A program made the position numbers and the translations under genes. A stretch of DNA of 64,000 bases, taken from assembly GCA_963699165.1 (NCBI GenBank), contig OY969413.1:63506-127505 (forward strand), given 5' to 3'. Shown piece by piece: positions 31,011 through 40,285 of the stretch. Source of the DNA: Candidatus Kaiserbacteria bacterium (lineage in GTDB: Bacteria > Patescibacteriota > Minisyncoccia > Phycocordibacterales > Phycocordibacteraceae). Every line of letters starts with the position of its first letter. Within the stretch, counting starts at the first letter, position 1. The notes beneath the pieces are model-generated. The model made no database searches and was not told the origin of the DNA. It was given only the letters and a program-made list of their open reading frames with translations.

Positions 31011-31793
31011 CTATGCTCTGCTCAGAGCAACAAACTCTCTTGGCGCCATACGCAGTGCTGAGTGAATGCGAGCGGTATTGTGATAGTGGATGGTGAGGTA
31101 GATCTCAGCCACTAATTCACCTAACGTGTCGAATCGGTTCGGATCACCCAGGTCAATCTTGAACCCTTTGTAGAAGGACTCTTGGTAGCCATTCTCCCAG
31201 GGACATCCAGGACGAGACATAGATTGCTGTATGCCGATCGTTGCCACGAGCATCGCATAATCCTTTGAGGCATACTCGCTGCCTTGATCCGAATGGATGA
31301 CACGAGGTGGCGATTTGTGATGTAGCGCAGAGAGAAGTGCATTCATGATGAGTTGCGTGCTGTGGGTGGTGAGGACTGACACACCGACAATCTCTCGGGA
31401 ATAGACGTCAAGGATGGTAGCGACGTATACCCAGTACCCGTGGTACTTGAGGTAGGTGAAGTCACTCGCCCAGATGTCACCGTCCTGCTCGGGAGTTTGA
31501 TGGAGCAAGAAGTTCGGGAATATACTGTCTTTTGTCTTTAGCACAAATCGCTTCTTTGCGGTCCTCCGATATGGTTTGATACCGAACAATTTCATCACAC
31601 GCAGAATGCGCTTTTTGTTGACTTTGAGGTAGAGTGCCAACCGTTTGTGCCCATAGGCGGGATGGCTATGCAGAGCTTCTTCGATGAGTTGCTTTGTGTG
31701 CCAATCCCTCCGAGCCTGCTTCGGCTCGTAGTACAGCGTACTGCGAGCAATACCGCTCTCGCGTGCAAGAGCACTCTTGTTTTCTCTCATCAA
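31011..31793 (-). CDS. IS3-family transposase OrfB (IS-B copy 2)
   Basis: Identical to 29013..29795. Confidence 0.85.
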   Translation of the reverse strand: MMRENKSALARESGIARSTLYYEPKQARRDWHTKQLIEEALHSHPAYGHKRLALYLKVNKKRILRVMKLFGIKPYRRTAKKRFVLKTKDSIFPNFLLHQTPEQDGDIWASDFTYLKYHGYWVYVATILDVYSREIVGVSVLTTHSTQLIMNALLSALHHKSPPRVIHSDQGSEYASKDYAMLVATIGIQQSMSRPGCPWENGYQESFYKGFKIDLGDPNRFDTLGELVAEIYLTIHYHNTARIHSALRMAPREFVALSRA

Positions 31794-32050
31794 GAGCCCC
31801 TTTTTTCTCCGTTTGAGAGTTTAAACGTCAATTCTCCGATGAGTGCTTTAAGGAGACCGTTCTCCTTCTTCACTCTGTTGTGCTCAATGATACTCACTCC
31901 TTTTGCAGAGGTGCCAAGCCAAGCATAGATAGTGACGGTACTGACTCCGTGTTCTTTCGCTGCCTCAGCGACACTGATGCCATCGTTTTTGATACGGTTG
32001 ATAATCTGCTCCTTAATCTCAGGAGCAATACGGTATGCTTTCTTTGCCAT
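31790..32050 (-). CDS. IS3-family transposase OrfA (IS-B copy 2)
   Basis: Identical to 29792..30052. Confidence 0.85.
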   Translation of the reverse strand: MAKKAYRIAPEIKEQIINRIKNDGISVAEAAKEHGVSTVTIYAWLGTSAKGVSIIEHNRVKKENGLLKALIGELTFKLSNGEKRGS

Positions 32051-33246
32051 AGGTACATTCTAAATTAGCTGCTGGTATTTAGAATGAGTGTCCGACGTTT
32101 GGGGTACCTTGCATAAAGAATTGCCATTAATAGACAATACTTGTTTTTTACTCACAAAAGAGGAGTTTAATAAAATCCATGAATTTGTTAATAAAGATGA
32201 CAAACCTATCGAAATAGGAAGATTGGAATACGACGATGGTCAAAAAATAGAACTAGGCATAAACAAATTATTTGCTAGCCATATAGGTATATTTGGTAAT
32301 ACTGGAAGCGGTAAATCATATACGCTCGCAAAAATCTATAGAGAATTATTCAAAATCTTTAAAGATAGTCCGAAATTTCAAAAAAATGCAAAGATCTTCC
32401 TGATTGATTTTAATGGCGAATATATTGGAGAACTGGAAGAGAGTACTGGTAAATACAAAAGTAGAGATGTAATCGTTGAAGAGAAATATAAGAATATATA
32501 CGAACTAACGACGAGAAAAAAGATTGAAGATATTACGGAAGAAGAAAAGTTTCCTATCCACGAATCAGCAATAAAAGATTCTACGTTTTGGTCAATTTTT
32601 CTCTCGGCAACTGAAAAGACCCAGATACCTTTTTTGGAGAGAGCTATTAGAGATACTTATATTGAAGAAAGATTGAAGAAAGAGAAATCTTTTAAAGACC
32701 TTCTTAGTGCCAAGATATTTGATGCAGTAACACAAATAGACAAAAAGACCGAGAAGAGTGTAATAACGGATTTGTTAAACGAATTATTTCATTATTTAGA
32801 TAAAAACGAATCTATAAAAGAAGCGGAGAAATACTTCAGAGAGAACTACGGTATTTTCCAAAAGGAGGGAAAATCAGTATTTAAGTTAAATAAAAATAAT
32901 GCAGATCACTACTCGGATAATGCTAATGACATAAAGACATTTCAGGATGATATAAATGAGCAGGTTGCAAAAATATCGGAAGTAAAAGTCGACGAACTGT
33001 CCACAATAAAGAGATTGGGGCTACAAATCATAATTAAATACTACGATGAAATGATTCGTGGATTTTCAAACAGAGAACATCTCTCTCCTTTGATCAAGCG
33101 ACTTGACCAAAGGATTTTGGATCTAGAGAAGGTCTTAGTAGTAGTGGAAAAAATCAGTAAATCTGAAAAGAACTTCACTGTTATTGACCTGACCCCCAAA
33201 TTTCAGACCATGTTCTAGACGGGATTAACCGCTAGAATGACGTCAT

Positions 33247-33504
33247 ATGAAGCAATACCGCATCGCTCCTGAGGTGAAGGAACAAATCATTAATCGAATC
33301 AAGAACGATGGTGTCACTGTCGCCCAAGCGGCCAAAGAGCATGGTATCCACGAGACCACCATCTATGGCTGGCTTGGTGCGAAAGTGCAAGACGGTACCG
33401 CATCTGTTCTTGAGATTGCGAGACTTCGAAAAGAGAATGACGAACTCCTTCGTCTTGTTGGACTCATGACGCTCAAGCTGTCTGAAACCCAAAAAAAGAA
33501 GTGA
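33247..33504 (+). CDS. IS3-family transposase OrfA (IS-A copy 2)
   Basis: Identical to 24693..24950. Confidence 0.85.
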   Translation: MKQYRIAPEVKEQIINRIKNDGVTVAQAAKEHGIHETTIYGWLGAKVQDGTASVLEIARLRKENDELLRLVGLMTLKLSETQKKK

Positions 33505-34313
33505 GCAAAGAATCTCCGATTGGTACGCGCACAACAGCGCGTACTCTTGGTATAGCTCGTTCCACCTTCTGGTATCAAAAGAAGAAGCCTGACAAAGACT
33601 GGGCACTCAAATGCCGTATTGAAGAAGTCCTTCGAGAGTTTCCTTCGTATGGATACCGGAGAGTTGCCCTGTATCTCAAGGAGAACAAAAAGAAGGTTCA
33701 AAGAGTCATGCGACTCTTTGGTATCAAAGCATATCGAAGAAGAGGAAGACGGTGGAGGAAATCAAGGAAACAAGCCGTGGAGTATCCAAATCTCCTGATG
33801 CGGATTGTACCCGCCTATCCGCATCAAGCATGGGTCGCTGATTTCACTCATGTGTATTTCAAAGGGAAAGACATTCGTGTGGCAACCACCATGGACGTAT
33901 ACACTCGAAGTGTCGTTGGGCTCGCCATTGGTACGCGAGGTGGAACCGTACTTGTGACGCAGGCATTGTGCGCGGCACTTCTCAACCATCCTCGTCCCAC
34001 CATCTTTCACAGCGACAACGGAGTGGAATACAATGCCGCATCCTTCCGAGAGATGCTCATCAATTTCGGCATCAGCATCTCTCGCTCAAAAAAGGGCTGT
34101 CCGTGGGAGAACGGGTACCAAGAATCGTTCTATGGAAAATTCAAAACTGATCTGGGCGATCCCAATCGCTTCGATACGCTTGGTGAACTTGTTGCTGAAA
34201 TCTATCAGACAATTCACCGGTACAACACCGTGCGTATACACTCAACACTCAAGATGGCACCGAGAGAGTTTGCGAAATCGCACATCACCCGTACACTATC
34301 TTCACTCGTCTAG
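33501..34313 (+). CDS. IS3-family transposase OrfB (IS-A copy 2)
   Basis: Identical to 23884..24696. Confidence 0.85.
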   Translation: MSKESPIGTRTTARTLGIARSTFWYQKKKPDKDWALKCRIEEVLREFPSYGYRRVALYLKENKKKVQRVMRLFGIKAYRRRGRRWRKSRKQAVEYPNLLMRIVPAYPHQAWVADFTHVYFKGKDIRVATTMDVYTRSVVGLAIGTRGGTVLVTQALCAALLNHPRPTIFHSDNGVEYNAASFREMLINFGISISRSKKGCPWENGYQESFYGKFKTDLGDPNRFDTLGELVAEIYQTIHRYNTVRIHSTLKMAPREFAKSHITRTLSSLV

Positions 34314-36083
34314 GAAGTGGTCTGAAGAATAGGGGTCGGTACACTTTGCCTCCTTCGCTCTTATAAGAAGATTCTGTGCGGGATTGTATCCACCTCTCGT
34401 TGTTTCCTGCTTTACGATAAGTTCTTGGTCGGCATCCTTCTCGTTTAACGGATATGGCGGCGGAGGCGTATATGAACCTTCTGGAATGCGAATCTTTCCC
34501 GCCAAACGATCGCGCATTTCCGAAAACGCAAACCATAGCGCCATCAGTGCATCGCCAGTGTGGCCATCGGGGAACGCTCGCATTTCATTTACGAGTTGCG
34601 CGACGAGTTGTCGCGTTCGCGCGTCACTCTGACTATAAGGAAGGATGATCTTCCTCTGTTCAAAGAGAACCGCTAAACTATTCACGCCGATCGCTGGGTC
34701 ATTCTTTTCTCCGCCGGTCTTGTAGCTGGTGACGAGTGCACCGGAGTCGCCCAAGTCGCGATACATCATTTCCTGAAATCCGTTCGTCTCGACACGAGTT
34801 GCGGTCGGTCTCACGATCGCTTCATTGCGGATGACCATATCGCACGTTTCTTTCGGTGAGAACTTCCCGCGCCGTATGTTGCGAAGCACATAGTCGCCAA
34901 CTTTAAAAGTTCCGTCCGTTGAGCCGCGGAGAACACGGTCGAGAGTGAGAAGAACGGTGTCGTCATTCCAATTCTCGGTAGCGATAGCGAGATCGAGACC
35001 AGCGGTTGTCATTTCCACGTCATACTCGGTATACGGCGCGTCTTGCAAGATCAAGTCCTTGCCCTTAGCAAGTGCTGCTTCAATGTCCTTCTCAAGGAAC
35101 TTCTGATTCGGACGAATTGAAGGATCACACATATACATGCGTGCGAAGGCATATGGATTGGCGATGCGTTTCAGATAAAGATCTCCGTACGAGAAACGCT
35201 CCGGCCAGAGGACATCTATACCTTCCTCCATTTCCGCTTTATGCTCGGCACGATACTCGCTCGCTTTTGCTGTTTTTTCTTCAGGTGAAAGCGATTCATC
35301 GAGATGGATATTTGCCCATTCCTGCCACATATCCTGACGATTCGCTTCGTGCAGTATCGATGGTACGCGTTTTCTCACTTGAAATTGCGGGTCCTTGAGA
35401 AGATTGTTCATCAAGTCGTCCATGTGCCATGTGTTGCCAAGACAGATGAGACGACCGTCCGTCATTAAGACCGGCAGAAGCGTCGTGTATACCCAATCCT
35501 TGATCTTCGCACGCTGCTCCTCGGTCGCGGCGTTTTCCTGCGTCACCACATCATCAAGAATGATGATATCGGCACGCTTGGAAACGATTGACCCGAAGAG
35601 ACCGACGGCATTTACAGTCGGATCTTTTAGATTCAGTCCTTCGCGCTCGACCGTGAAAGAACTTCCGGTCCAATGTTCCTCACGTTTCTTTCCGTGACGC
35701 AGGCGCGGGGCGACACTGCGACGCTTCGGGTCGATCATCTTCGACCAAAGTCGATATTTCGGATTGCGCTCGATGTGCCCAATGATATCTGAAACGAATC
35801 CACGCGCGATTTCGCCAGTGCTCGATACGAGAAGAATGCGAATCTCGCGATTTTTGGCGATCTCCCAGAGAGGGTATGCGATGGAGCTATGGGTTGATTT
35901 ACCAAAACCGCGCGGCATCGCGATGGCGAGTTTTTGATAGGTATAGTTGGAGAGAGCATCGTCAAGTTCGTCCTGAAACGGCGCATTGTTTAGACCAATA
36001 ATTTCGGACACGAAGACGCGAAAATGCTCGGCCGCTATCGCGCAAAAGACGGCCGCTTCTTCAAGTTTTGGAATGTTACCCAT
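34302..36083 (-). CDS. terL: phage terminase large subunit (ATPase + nuclease); last ~14 codons supplied by IS-A copy 2 (C-terminally truncated)
   Basis: It has Walker A AMPRGFGKST and Walker B IIILDDV, followed by a C-terminal RNaseH-like nuclease domain. The start is taken at MGNIPKLEEAAVF; the longest ORF begins at 36122. Confidence 0.75.
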   Translation of the reverse strand: MGNIPKLEEAAVFCAIAAEHFRVFVSEIIGLNNAPFQDELDDALSNYTYQKLAIAMPRGFGKSTHSSIAYPLWEIAKNREIRILLVSSTGEIARGFVSDIIGHIERNPKYRLWSKMIDPKRRSVAPRLRHGKKREEHWTGSSFTVEREGLNLKDPTVNAVGLFGSIVSKRADIIILDDVVTQENAATEEQRAKIKDWVYTTLLPVLMTDGRLICLGNTWHMDDLMNNLLKDPQFQVRKRVPSILHEANRQDMWQEWANIHLDESLSPEEKTAKASEYRAEHKAEMEEGIDVLWPERFSYGDLYLKRIANPYAFARMYMCDPSIRPNQKFLEKDIEAALAKGKDLILQDAPYTEYDVEMTTAGLDLAIATENWNDDTVLLTLDRVLRGSTDGTFKVGDYVLRNIRRGKFSPKETCDMVIRNEAIVRPTATRVETNGFQEMMYRDLGDSGALVTSYKTGGEKNDPAIGVNSLAVLFEQRKIILPYSQSDARTRQLVAQLVNEMRAFPDGHTGDALMALWFAFSEMRDRLAGKIRIPEGSYTPPPPYPLNEKDADQELIVKQETTRGGYNPAQNLLIRAKEAKCTDPYSSDHFLDE

Positions 36084-36495
36084 GGTCGTTTGTTTTAGGG
36101 TGATTAAGATACGGTTCGACAAGCCGCTTGGTTTCGGGTTTCAGTGTTCCGAACACTTCGAAGAAGATATTTTCATCTTCATCACGAGCGATGGCGAAGG
36201 CGGACTCGAAGGCGCGCTGACGATAATCGGGATGCTTATTTTTCAACCAGAATATCGTTGCCGTGAGATTGCCGTTTTTGATGCCGGAGAGTATCTGACT
36301 CTCGGCGGCATCGTTCATGAGCGCCGTGCCTTCGGCGAGCGCGTCATCAACGAACTTCGCGAATTCCGAATCTTCTTTCTTCCACCTGTACAGGCTCGCG
36401 CGACTCATGCCGGTTTTCTGACATGCGACTTCAATGATCGGCGTTTTGCGTAATTGTTCAAGCAACAATTCTTTGGTACGAATAGTCTTTTTCAT
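36076..36495 (-). CDS. phage terminase small subunit-like HTH DNA-binding protein
   Basis: 139 aa with an N-terminal HTH (..KTGMSRASLYRWKKEDSEF..) immediately upstream of terL. Confidence 0.5.
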   Translation of the reverse strand: MKKTIRTKELLLEQLRKTPIIEVACQKTGMSRASLYRWKKEDSEFAKFVDDALAEGTALMNDAAESQILSGIKNGNLTATIFWLKNKHPDYRQRAFESAFAIARDEDENIFFEVFGTLKPETKRLVEPYLNHPKTNDHG

Positions 36496-37274
36496 ATTTG
36501 TTTTGCTTTAAGGTTGGTACAGTGCTCCCAGCGAGAAATCGCTGTGAGGCAATATTCGAGATCAATTTCGACCGCGAAGCATCGACGCTTCGTTTGCTCG
36601 CACGCTAACAGCGTGGTACCGCTGCCAAGAAATCCGTCGTATACCACATCGCCGATTTCGCTTGAGTTGAGAATCAAACGACGAATAAGTCCGATGGGTT
36701 TGGTTGTCGGATGAAATTTGCTTTTGACAGGACGCGGATAGAACAAAACCGACTTATCTTTTGAGTGACGGAATATATGCGTGCCATGCCAGCCGTAAAG
36801 GATCAATTCATGTTGGGGTGCGTAATCGAGGCGACCGATAACCGCTTGCGATTTCACCCACACAAGAAGCTGCGCGACCTTGAATCCAGCGTCTAACATT
36901 CCTTCGCGAAGCGACCACACCATTTTGTCTGCATTGAACACATACGCGGCGTTTTTTCGGGCGAGATAAGGAGCGATTGTTTCAAGCCATGCGCGGTTGA
37001 ACGCCCGATATGATTCATCGGATTGTAGTTCGTCGTTCGCAACAATTTTATCTTTTGAGAGTTTTGAGAATCCGCGTTTAGATTCCACTGCCGAGACGGC
37101 ATACGGTACGTCACAACATACGAGATTTATATGGATATTACCTATAAGCCTCTCCAGCAGTTTTTTGTCACGTGCGTCGCCGTATGCGATGCGGTGATCG
37201 CCAAGTTGCCAGATAGTGCCAGGCTTAATTGAGTTTGCGGGCTTTGATTCCAGTTGCGTTTTCATACCGTTCAA
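36492..37274 (-). CDS. DNA methyltransferase (N6_N4_Mtase family, phage-type)
   Basis: It has a DVPY (DPPY-like) motif and the C-terminal SAM-binding motif VVYDGFLGSGTTLLACEQTKRRCFAVEID. Confidence 0.8.
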   Translation of the reverse strand: MNGMKTQLESKPANSIKPGTIWQLGDHRIAYGDARDKKLLERLIGNIHINLVCCDVPYAVSAVESKRGFSKLSKDKIVANDELQSDESYRAFNRAWLETIAPYLARKNAAYVFNADKMVWSLREGMLDAGFKVAQLLVWVKSQAVIGRLDYAPQHELILYGWHGTHIFRHSKDKSVLFYPRPVKSKFHPTTKPIGLIRRLILNSSEIGDVVYDGFLGSGTTLLACEQTKRRCFAVEIDLEYCLTAISRWEHCTNLKAKQI

Positions 37275-38508
37275 TAATTACGTCCACGAATATCGGCTCT
37301 GCTTCGACCATGTAGCAGATTCGTTTCATCTGATCGGCGGCCATGAGCGTACTACCCGAGCCACCAAAGAGATCCAGCACCGCATCACCCGGCTTCGTAC
37401 AACGCTTGAGTGGCCGTTCGTGCAAGGTCACTGGCTTTTGCGTCGGATGACAATATTCTTGACTGGCGACGCGTTTCGCTAACCAAATATCCGCTTGATC
37501 CATGATGTCGTCGAGCAGTTTATTGCCTGACGGTCCAAGTTCTTTGTTCAGAACTTCTGCGAAGTTCTGCCCGACGGGTGCGATGTACGGCTTATTGCGC
37601 GTCGCATAGACGCAGGGCTCGTAACACTTTCCGAAGGCTACGCCAGGTACAGGGTTGGCGGGTCCCTTAATCCACAAACAAACTCGGCGATTTACGAGAC
37701 CAGCATCGGCAGAAAGTGACTGCACCATACCAATATATTTTTGGTCGCAGAAAAAGAATATGTGACAATCAGGGTCGCATACAACAAGCGCGTTCTCCAT
37801 CGAGCGTTTCAAGAAAGAACGATATTCTTCGTCTGGTTTCGAGTCGTCTACATTTCCGCCATACGAACCTTTGCCGCCAACGCCACGATCGTAATCAAGC
37901 GAGATGTTATAGGGCGGATCACAATAAATCATTCCGATTTTTGCCCCACAGGTAACTTTCTTTACAGTTTCGATATCGAGCGAACTTCCGCAGGCAAGAC
38001 GGTGCGACCCGAGCGCGTATAGATCGCCAGTTTTCGCCTTCGGTTCCTTCACGCGCTTTACCGCCTCGTCAAAATCAAATTCATCATCCGAAGTTTCAAG
38101 CGCGTCCGCAAAGATAATCGACAGATCCGAATCATCGAAGCCCGATGCGAGCATCGTATCGATATCGAAGTATTGGGAAATGAGACCATAATCCCAATCG
38201 CCATGAATACGATTACTTGAAAGCAGGTAACGATCGTACTCCGCCTTTGTGAGCTTTCTCGAAGGAACGCGTACTGGAATTTCTTCATCGATACGACCCA
38301 TGGCGGCTAACGCGGCGATACGCTGATGACCTGCAACTAGAGAGTTATCAAGGTCTATAACAGGAGCTTCAACAATTCCGAATTCTTTCAAGCTCTTTTT
38401 GAGGTCTGTCATCTGTTTCGGACTCATAATCCTTGGATTGTGTGGATTCTGAACGAGGTCGGAAACTTTTCTCGTCTCCGTCGTCCACGTGAGCGGCTGC
38501 TTTTTCAT
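37225..38508 (-). CDS. ParB-like nuclease domain fused to DNA methyltransferase
   Basis: It has an N-terminal ParB/Srx domain (..IVEAPVIDLDNSLVAGHQRIAA..) and a C-terminal MTase (..MIYCDPPYNISLDYD.., ..VLDLFGGSGSTLMAA..). The start is chosen at MKKQPLTW; the longest ORF begins at 38613. Confidence 0.75.
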   Translation of the reverse strand: MKKQPLTWTTETRKVSDLVQNPHNPRIMSPKQMTDLKKSLKEFGIVEAPVIDLDNSLVAGHQRIAALAAMGRIDEEIPVRVPSRKLTKAEYDRYLLSSNRIHGDWDYGLISQYFDIDTMLASGFDDSDLSIIFADALETSDDEFDFDEAVKRVKEPKAKTGDLYALGSHRLACGSSLDIETVKKVTCGAKIGMIYCDPPYNISLDYDRGVGGKGSYGGNVDDSKPDEEYRSFLKRSMENALVVCDPDCHIFFFCDQKYIGMVQSLSADAGLVNRRVCLWIKGPANPVPGVAFGKCYEPCVYATRNKPYIAPVGQNFAEVLNKELGPSGNKLLDDIMDQADIWLAKRVASQEYCHPTQKPVTLHERPLKRCTKPGDAVLDLFGGSGSTLMAADQMKRICYMVEAEPIFVDVIIERYENATGIKARKLN

Positions 38509-38627
38509 ATCGGTATATTTGCTGTTAAAAGGCGCATCGCGCGCCCTACAGCAGATACCCACGACTTTCGGCATTTTTGTGACATATAAAAAGCCGCATG
38601 GAAGCGGCTTCAACGGGGAATCCTATT

Positions 38628-39689
38628 TTAGGACAGTAATGGCTTCAGTTTCGGGAGAGCGCGGCTTTTCGCCTTTCGTTCGGTAGCAGTGAGAATTTCA
38701 CCGCGATAATCTTTTTCTATGGCCAGTCGCTCTTTTGGAGGGAGCTTTGTGATCGCACGAGCGATATCGATTTCTTGGATATTGATGGTATCAGTATGCC
38801 TTGCGAGTACCGCATCTGCTCGGGTTTCATCATTGAGAATTTTATCCAACGATTCTTCCAAAAAATTATCTTTGATTTCGTACTTGCCGCGCCCGAGGTT
38901 GTAATCTTTATGGCGGAGACGAAGCCTCTCCGGAAGTTCCGATAGATACAAAGGTTTTCGACGCGGCTTAGCAAGCAGTTTCTGCGTCTCATCTACTGCA
39001 AACGTGAGATTGCCAAGGGAAGTTGAGGCATAGAGATACTGGTAGGTCGATTTGAAACCGCTCCATGCGCGCGTAAGACGCCGCATTAAATCTGCACGAT
39101 GAGGCCCACACGGATCCTTTTCCTTTACACGAGCGAGGAGAGCTCCAACCTCAACAATTTCTGCCCGCCTTATTTCGAGCTCTTTAATGGTTTTGCACCA
39201 GCCGCGAATCATTTCTTTTGTAACGGATGGATACTTTCCCCGGATTTCATTCCATGCTTCTGGAGTGAATTGGTCTTCCCATGACCAAAGAATCTCCGAT
39301 TGATGATCTGGAGAGAACGGCGGTTCGGATTCTTCAGAGATTTGCAATAATGGATTATGTAAAGTTTTGCTCTCTTCGTCCAAATATCCTTCGTATAAAA
39401 TTTCGGTTAGGGAATGCAGAGATGCTAAAACTTCGGGCGATTCTTCACAATCTTTGGCCGCAAAAAGGAAGTACTGTAGGCAAATCAATTGCAATTGAAG
39501 GTCGTTGAGGAAGAAAAGATCTGGGTGTTGAGCCCGCTTCAGTGCGAATTCTTTCATAACAAGACCCAGATCTGCCCATACATCTTCTGCCGTGCGTGAG
39601 GGCAGACGCAAACGCAGTTGGAAGTTATGAATGGCTTGATCGAACTTCGTTCGTTCGTGATTGATAACGGTGCTGTGCGGAGTGGTCAT
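38628..39689 (-). CDS. hypothetical protein (phage-like cargo)
   Basis: 353-aa ORF with protein-like composition and no recognisable domain. Confidence 0.5.
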   Translation of the reverse strand: MTTPHSTVINHERTKFDQAIHNFQLRLRLPSRTAEDVWADLGLVMKEFALKRAQHPDLFFLNDLQLQLICLQYFLFAAKDCEESPEVLASLHSLTEILYEGYLDEESKTLHNPLLQISEESEPPFSPDHQSEILWSWEDQFTPEAWNEIRGKYPSVTKEMIRGWCKTIKELEIRRAEIVEVGALLARVKEKDPCGPHRADLMRRLTRAWSGFKSTYQYLYASTSLGNLTFAVDETQKLLAKPRRKPLYLSELPERLRLRHKDYNLGRGKYEIKDNFLEESLDKILNDETRADAVLARHTDTINIQEIDIARAITKLPPKERLAIEKDYRGEILTATERKAKSRALPKLKPLLS

Positions 39690-40059
39690 ACTCTAATTTT
39701 ACCCCCAATTCAAGCTTTTTATTACGAGAGTGTCGTGAGACACGGCTTCGTAGATTCAGCTACTTTTTTATAGCGCTTCATTCGTTTCAATTCTTAGTGA
39801 ATACGCCATATTCCGCCAAGAATGCTACATCAGTCGCATTCTTCGATTTTGACCCCCAGACCGAGTGGCTTCGTCATGCTACACTGAAAGGATGTCAAAA
39901 ACCCTTACGGTGCCTCGCCGGGCAAGGTTCTAGACGGACTTGGGGCACCTGAACGCGAGTGAAAGGCATTGGACAGCATGCCGACTGCTCGGCATGTGGC
40001 CGGGCTCGAATGCCGGAGCGATGTTCGGCTGAAAGCCGAACCGCGAGGCGGGGTAGCGA

Positions 40060-40110
40060 ATCTTAGCAGAATGCGAATGCGTGGAGCATTCTGCTTAGCA
40101 ATTCGTGACC
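40060..40110 (+). other. conserved hairpin element, copy 2, abutting attR
   Basis: GAATCTTAGCAGAATGC-GAATGCGTGGA-GCATTCTGCTTAGCAATTCGTGACC forms a 13-bp near-perfect stem and lies immediately 5' of the 19-bp tRNA-Phe repeat. Confidence 0.45.
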
Positions 40111-40129
40111 GAGCCCGGGTCCAAGCACT
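40111..40129 (+). repeat. attR: 19-bp direct repeat of the tRNA-Phe 3' end
   Basis: CGAGCCCGGGTCCAAGCAC is identical to tRNA-Phe positions ~23357-23375. The upstream T-arm sequence is not conserved, so only the tRNA 3' fragment is present. Confidence 0.7.
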
Positions 40130-40184
40130 TGAACGTCAGTGGAAGGGGTGCACGATACGCGACCGGTTCGTAGTCCTGGGAGGC

Positions 40185-40285
40185 GCATCGCCTCACTGTC
40201 GAGTGCGATGTCTCATCGCACTGTCGAGTGCAATGCTTCATCGCACTGTCGAGTGCGACGCATCGTCGTGCTGTCGAGTACAGAA
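40185..40285 (+). repeat. four tandem ~25-bp repeats (YCATCGCACTGTCGAGTGCRATG-like)
   Basis: The units are cctcactgtcgagtgcgatgtc / tcatcgcactgtcgagtgcaatgct / tcatcgcactgtcgagtgcgacgca / tcgtcgtgctgtcgagtacagaagca. Copies of the GCACYTGAACG motif flank the array at ~40125 and ~40283, with a third copy at ~39938. Confidence 0.6.

Larger units (their letters stand above)
30964..32113 (-). mobile_element. IS-B, copy 2 (~1150 bp), inside herA
   Basis: It is near-identical to copy 1, including orfA 31790..32050 and orfB 31011..31793. A few point differences exist, e.g. MHFSLRYI versus MHFSLHCI in an antisense ORF. Confidence 0.85.
30772..33184 (+). pseudogene. HerA-like FtsK/HerA-family ATPase, interrupted by IS-B copy 2 and 3'-truncated by IS-A copy 2
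   Basis: The N-terminal HAS-barrel-like segment 30772..~30963 (..IGKVIEISGQSVKVKV..) resumes at ~32114..33184 with Walker A IGIFGNTGSGKSYTL. The ORF then runs into the IS-A left end (..LTPKFQTMF-stop is IS-encoded), so the C-terminal ~100-150 aa is missing. Confidence 0.7.
33185..34343 (+). mobile_element. IS-A, copy 2 (1159 bp)
   Basis: It has the same ends and ORFs as copy 1 (orfA 33247..33504, orfB 33501..34313). Its flanks carry no target duplication, suggesting a recombination or deletion scar. Confidence 0.85.
23375..40129. mobile_element. ~16.7-kb integrated element (prophage / defence-island remnant) inserted at the 3' end of tRNA-Phe
   Basis: A 19-bp direct repeat CGAGCCCGGGTCCAAGCAC (tRNA-Phe 3' end, ~23357-23375) recurs at ~40111-40129. 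The cargo is a large serine recombinase, an HsdM-like MTase - SIR2 - HerA operon, terminase large and small subunits, ParB-MTase, a DNA MTase and hypothetical genes. Four IS copies lie inside it. Confidence 0.65.

Noticed and set aside
40055-40129. Complete pseudo-tRNA-Phe at attR
   Set aside because: Only the 3'-terminal 19 nt match tRNA-Phe. The T-stem 5' half and everything upstream are replaced by the hairpin element, so it is an att duplication rather than a second tRNA gene.
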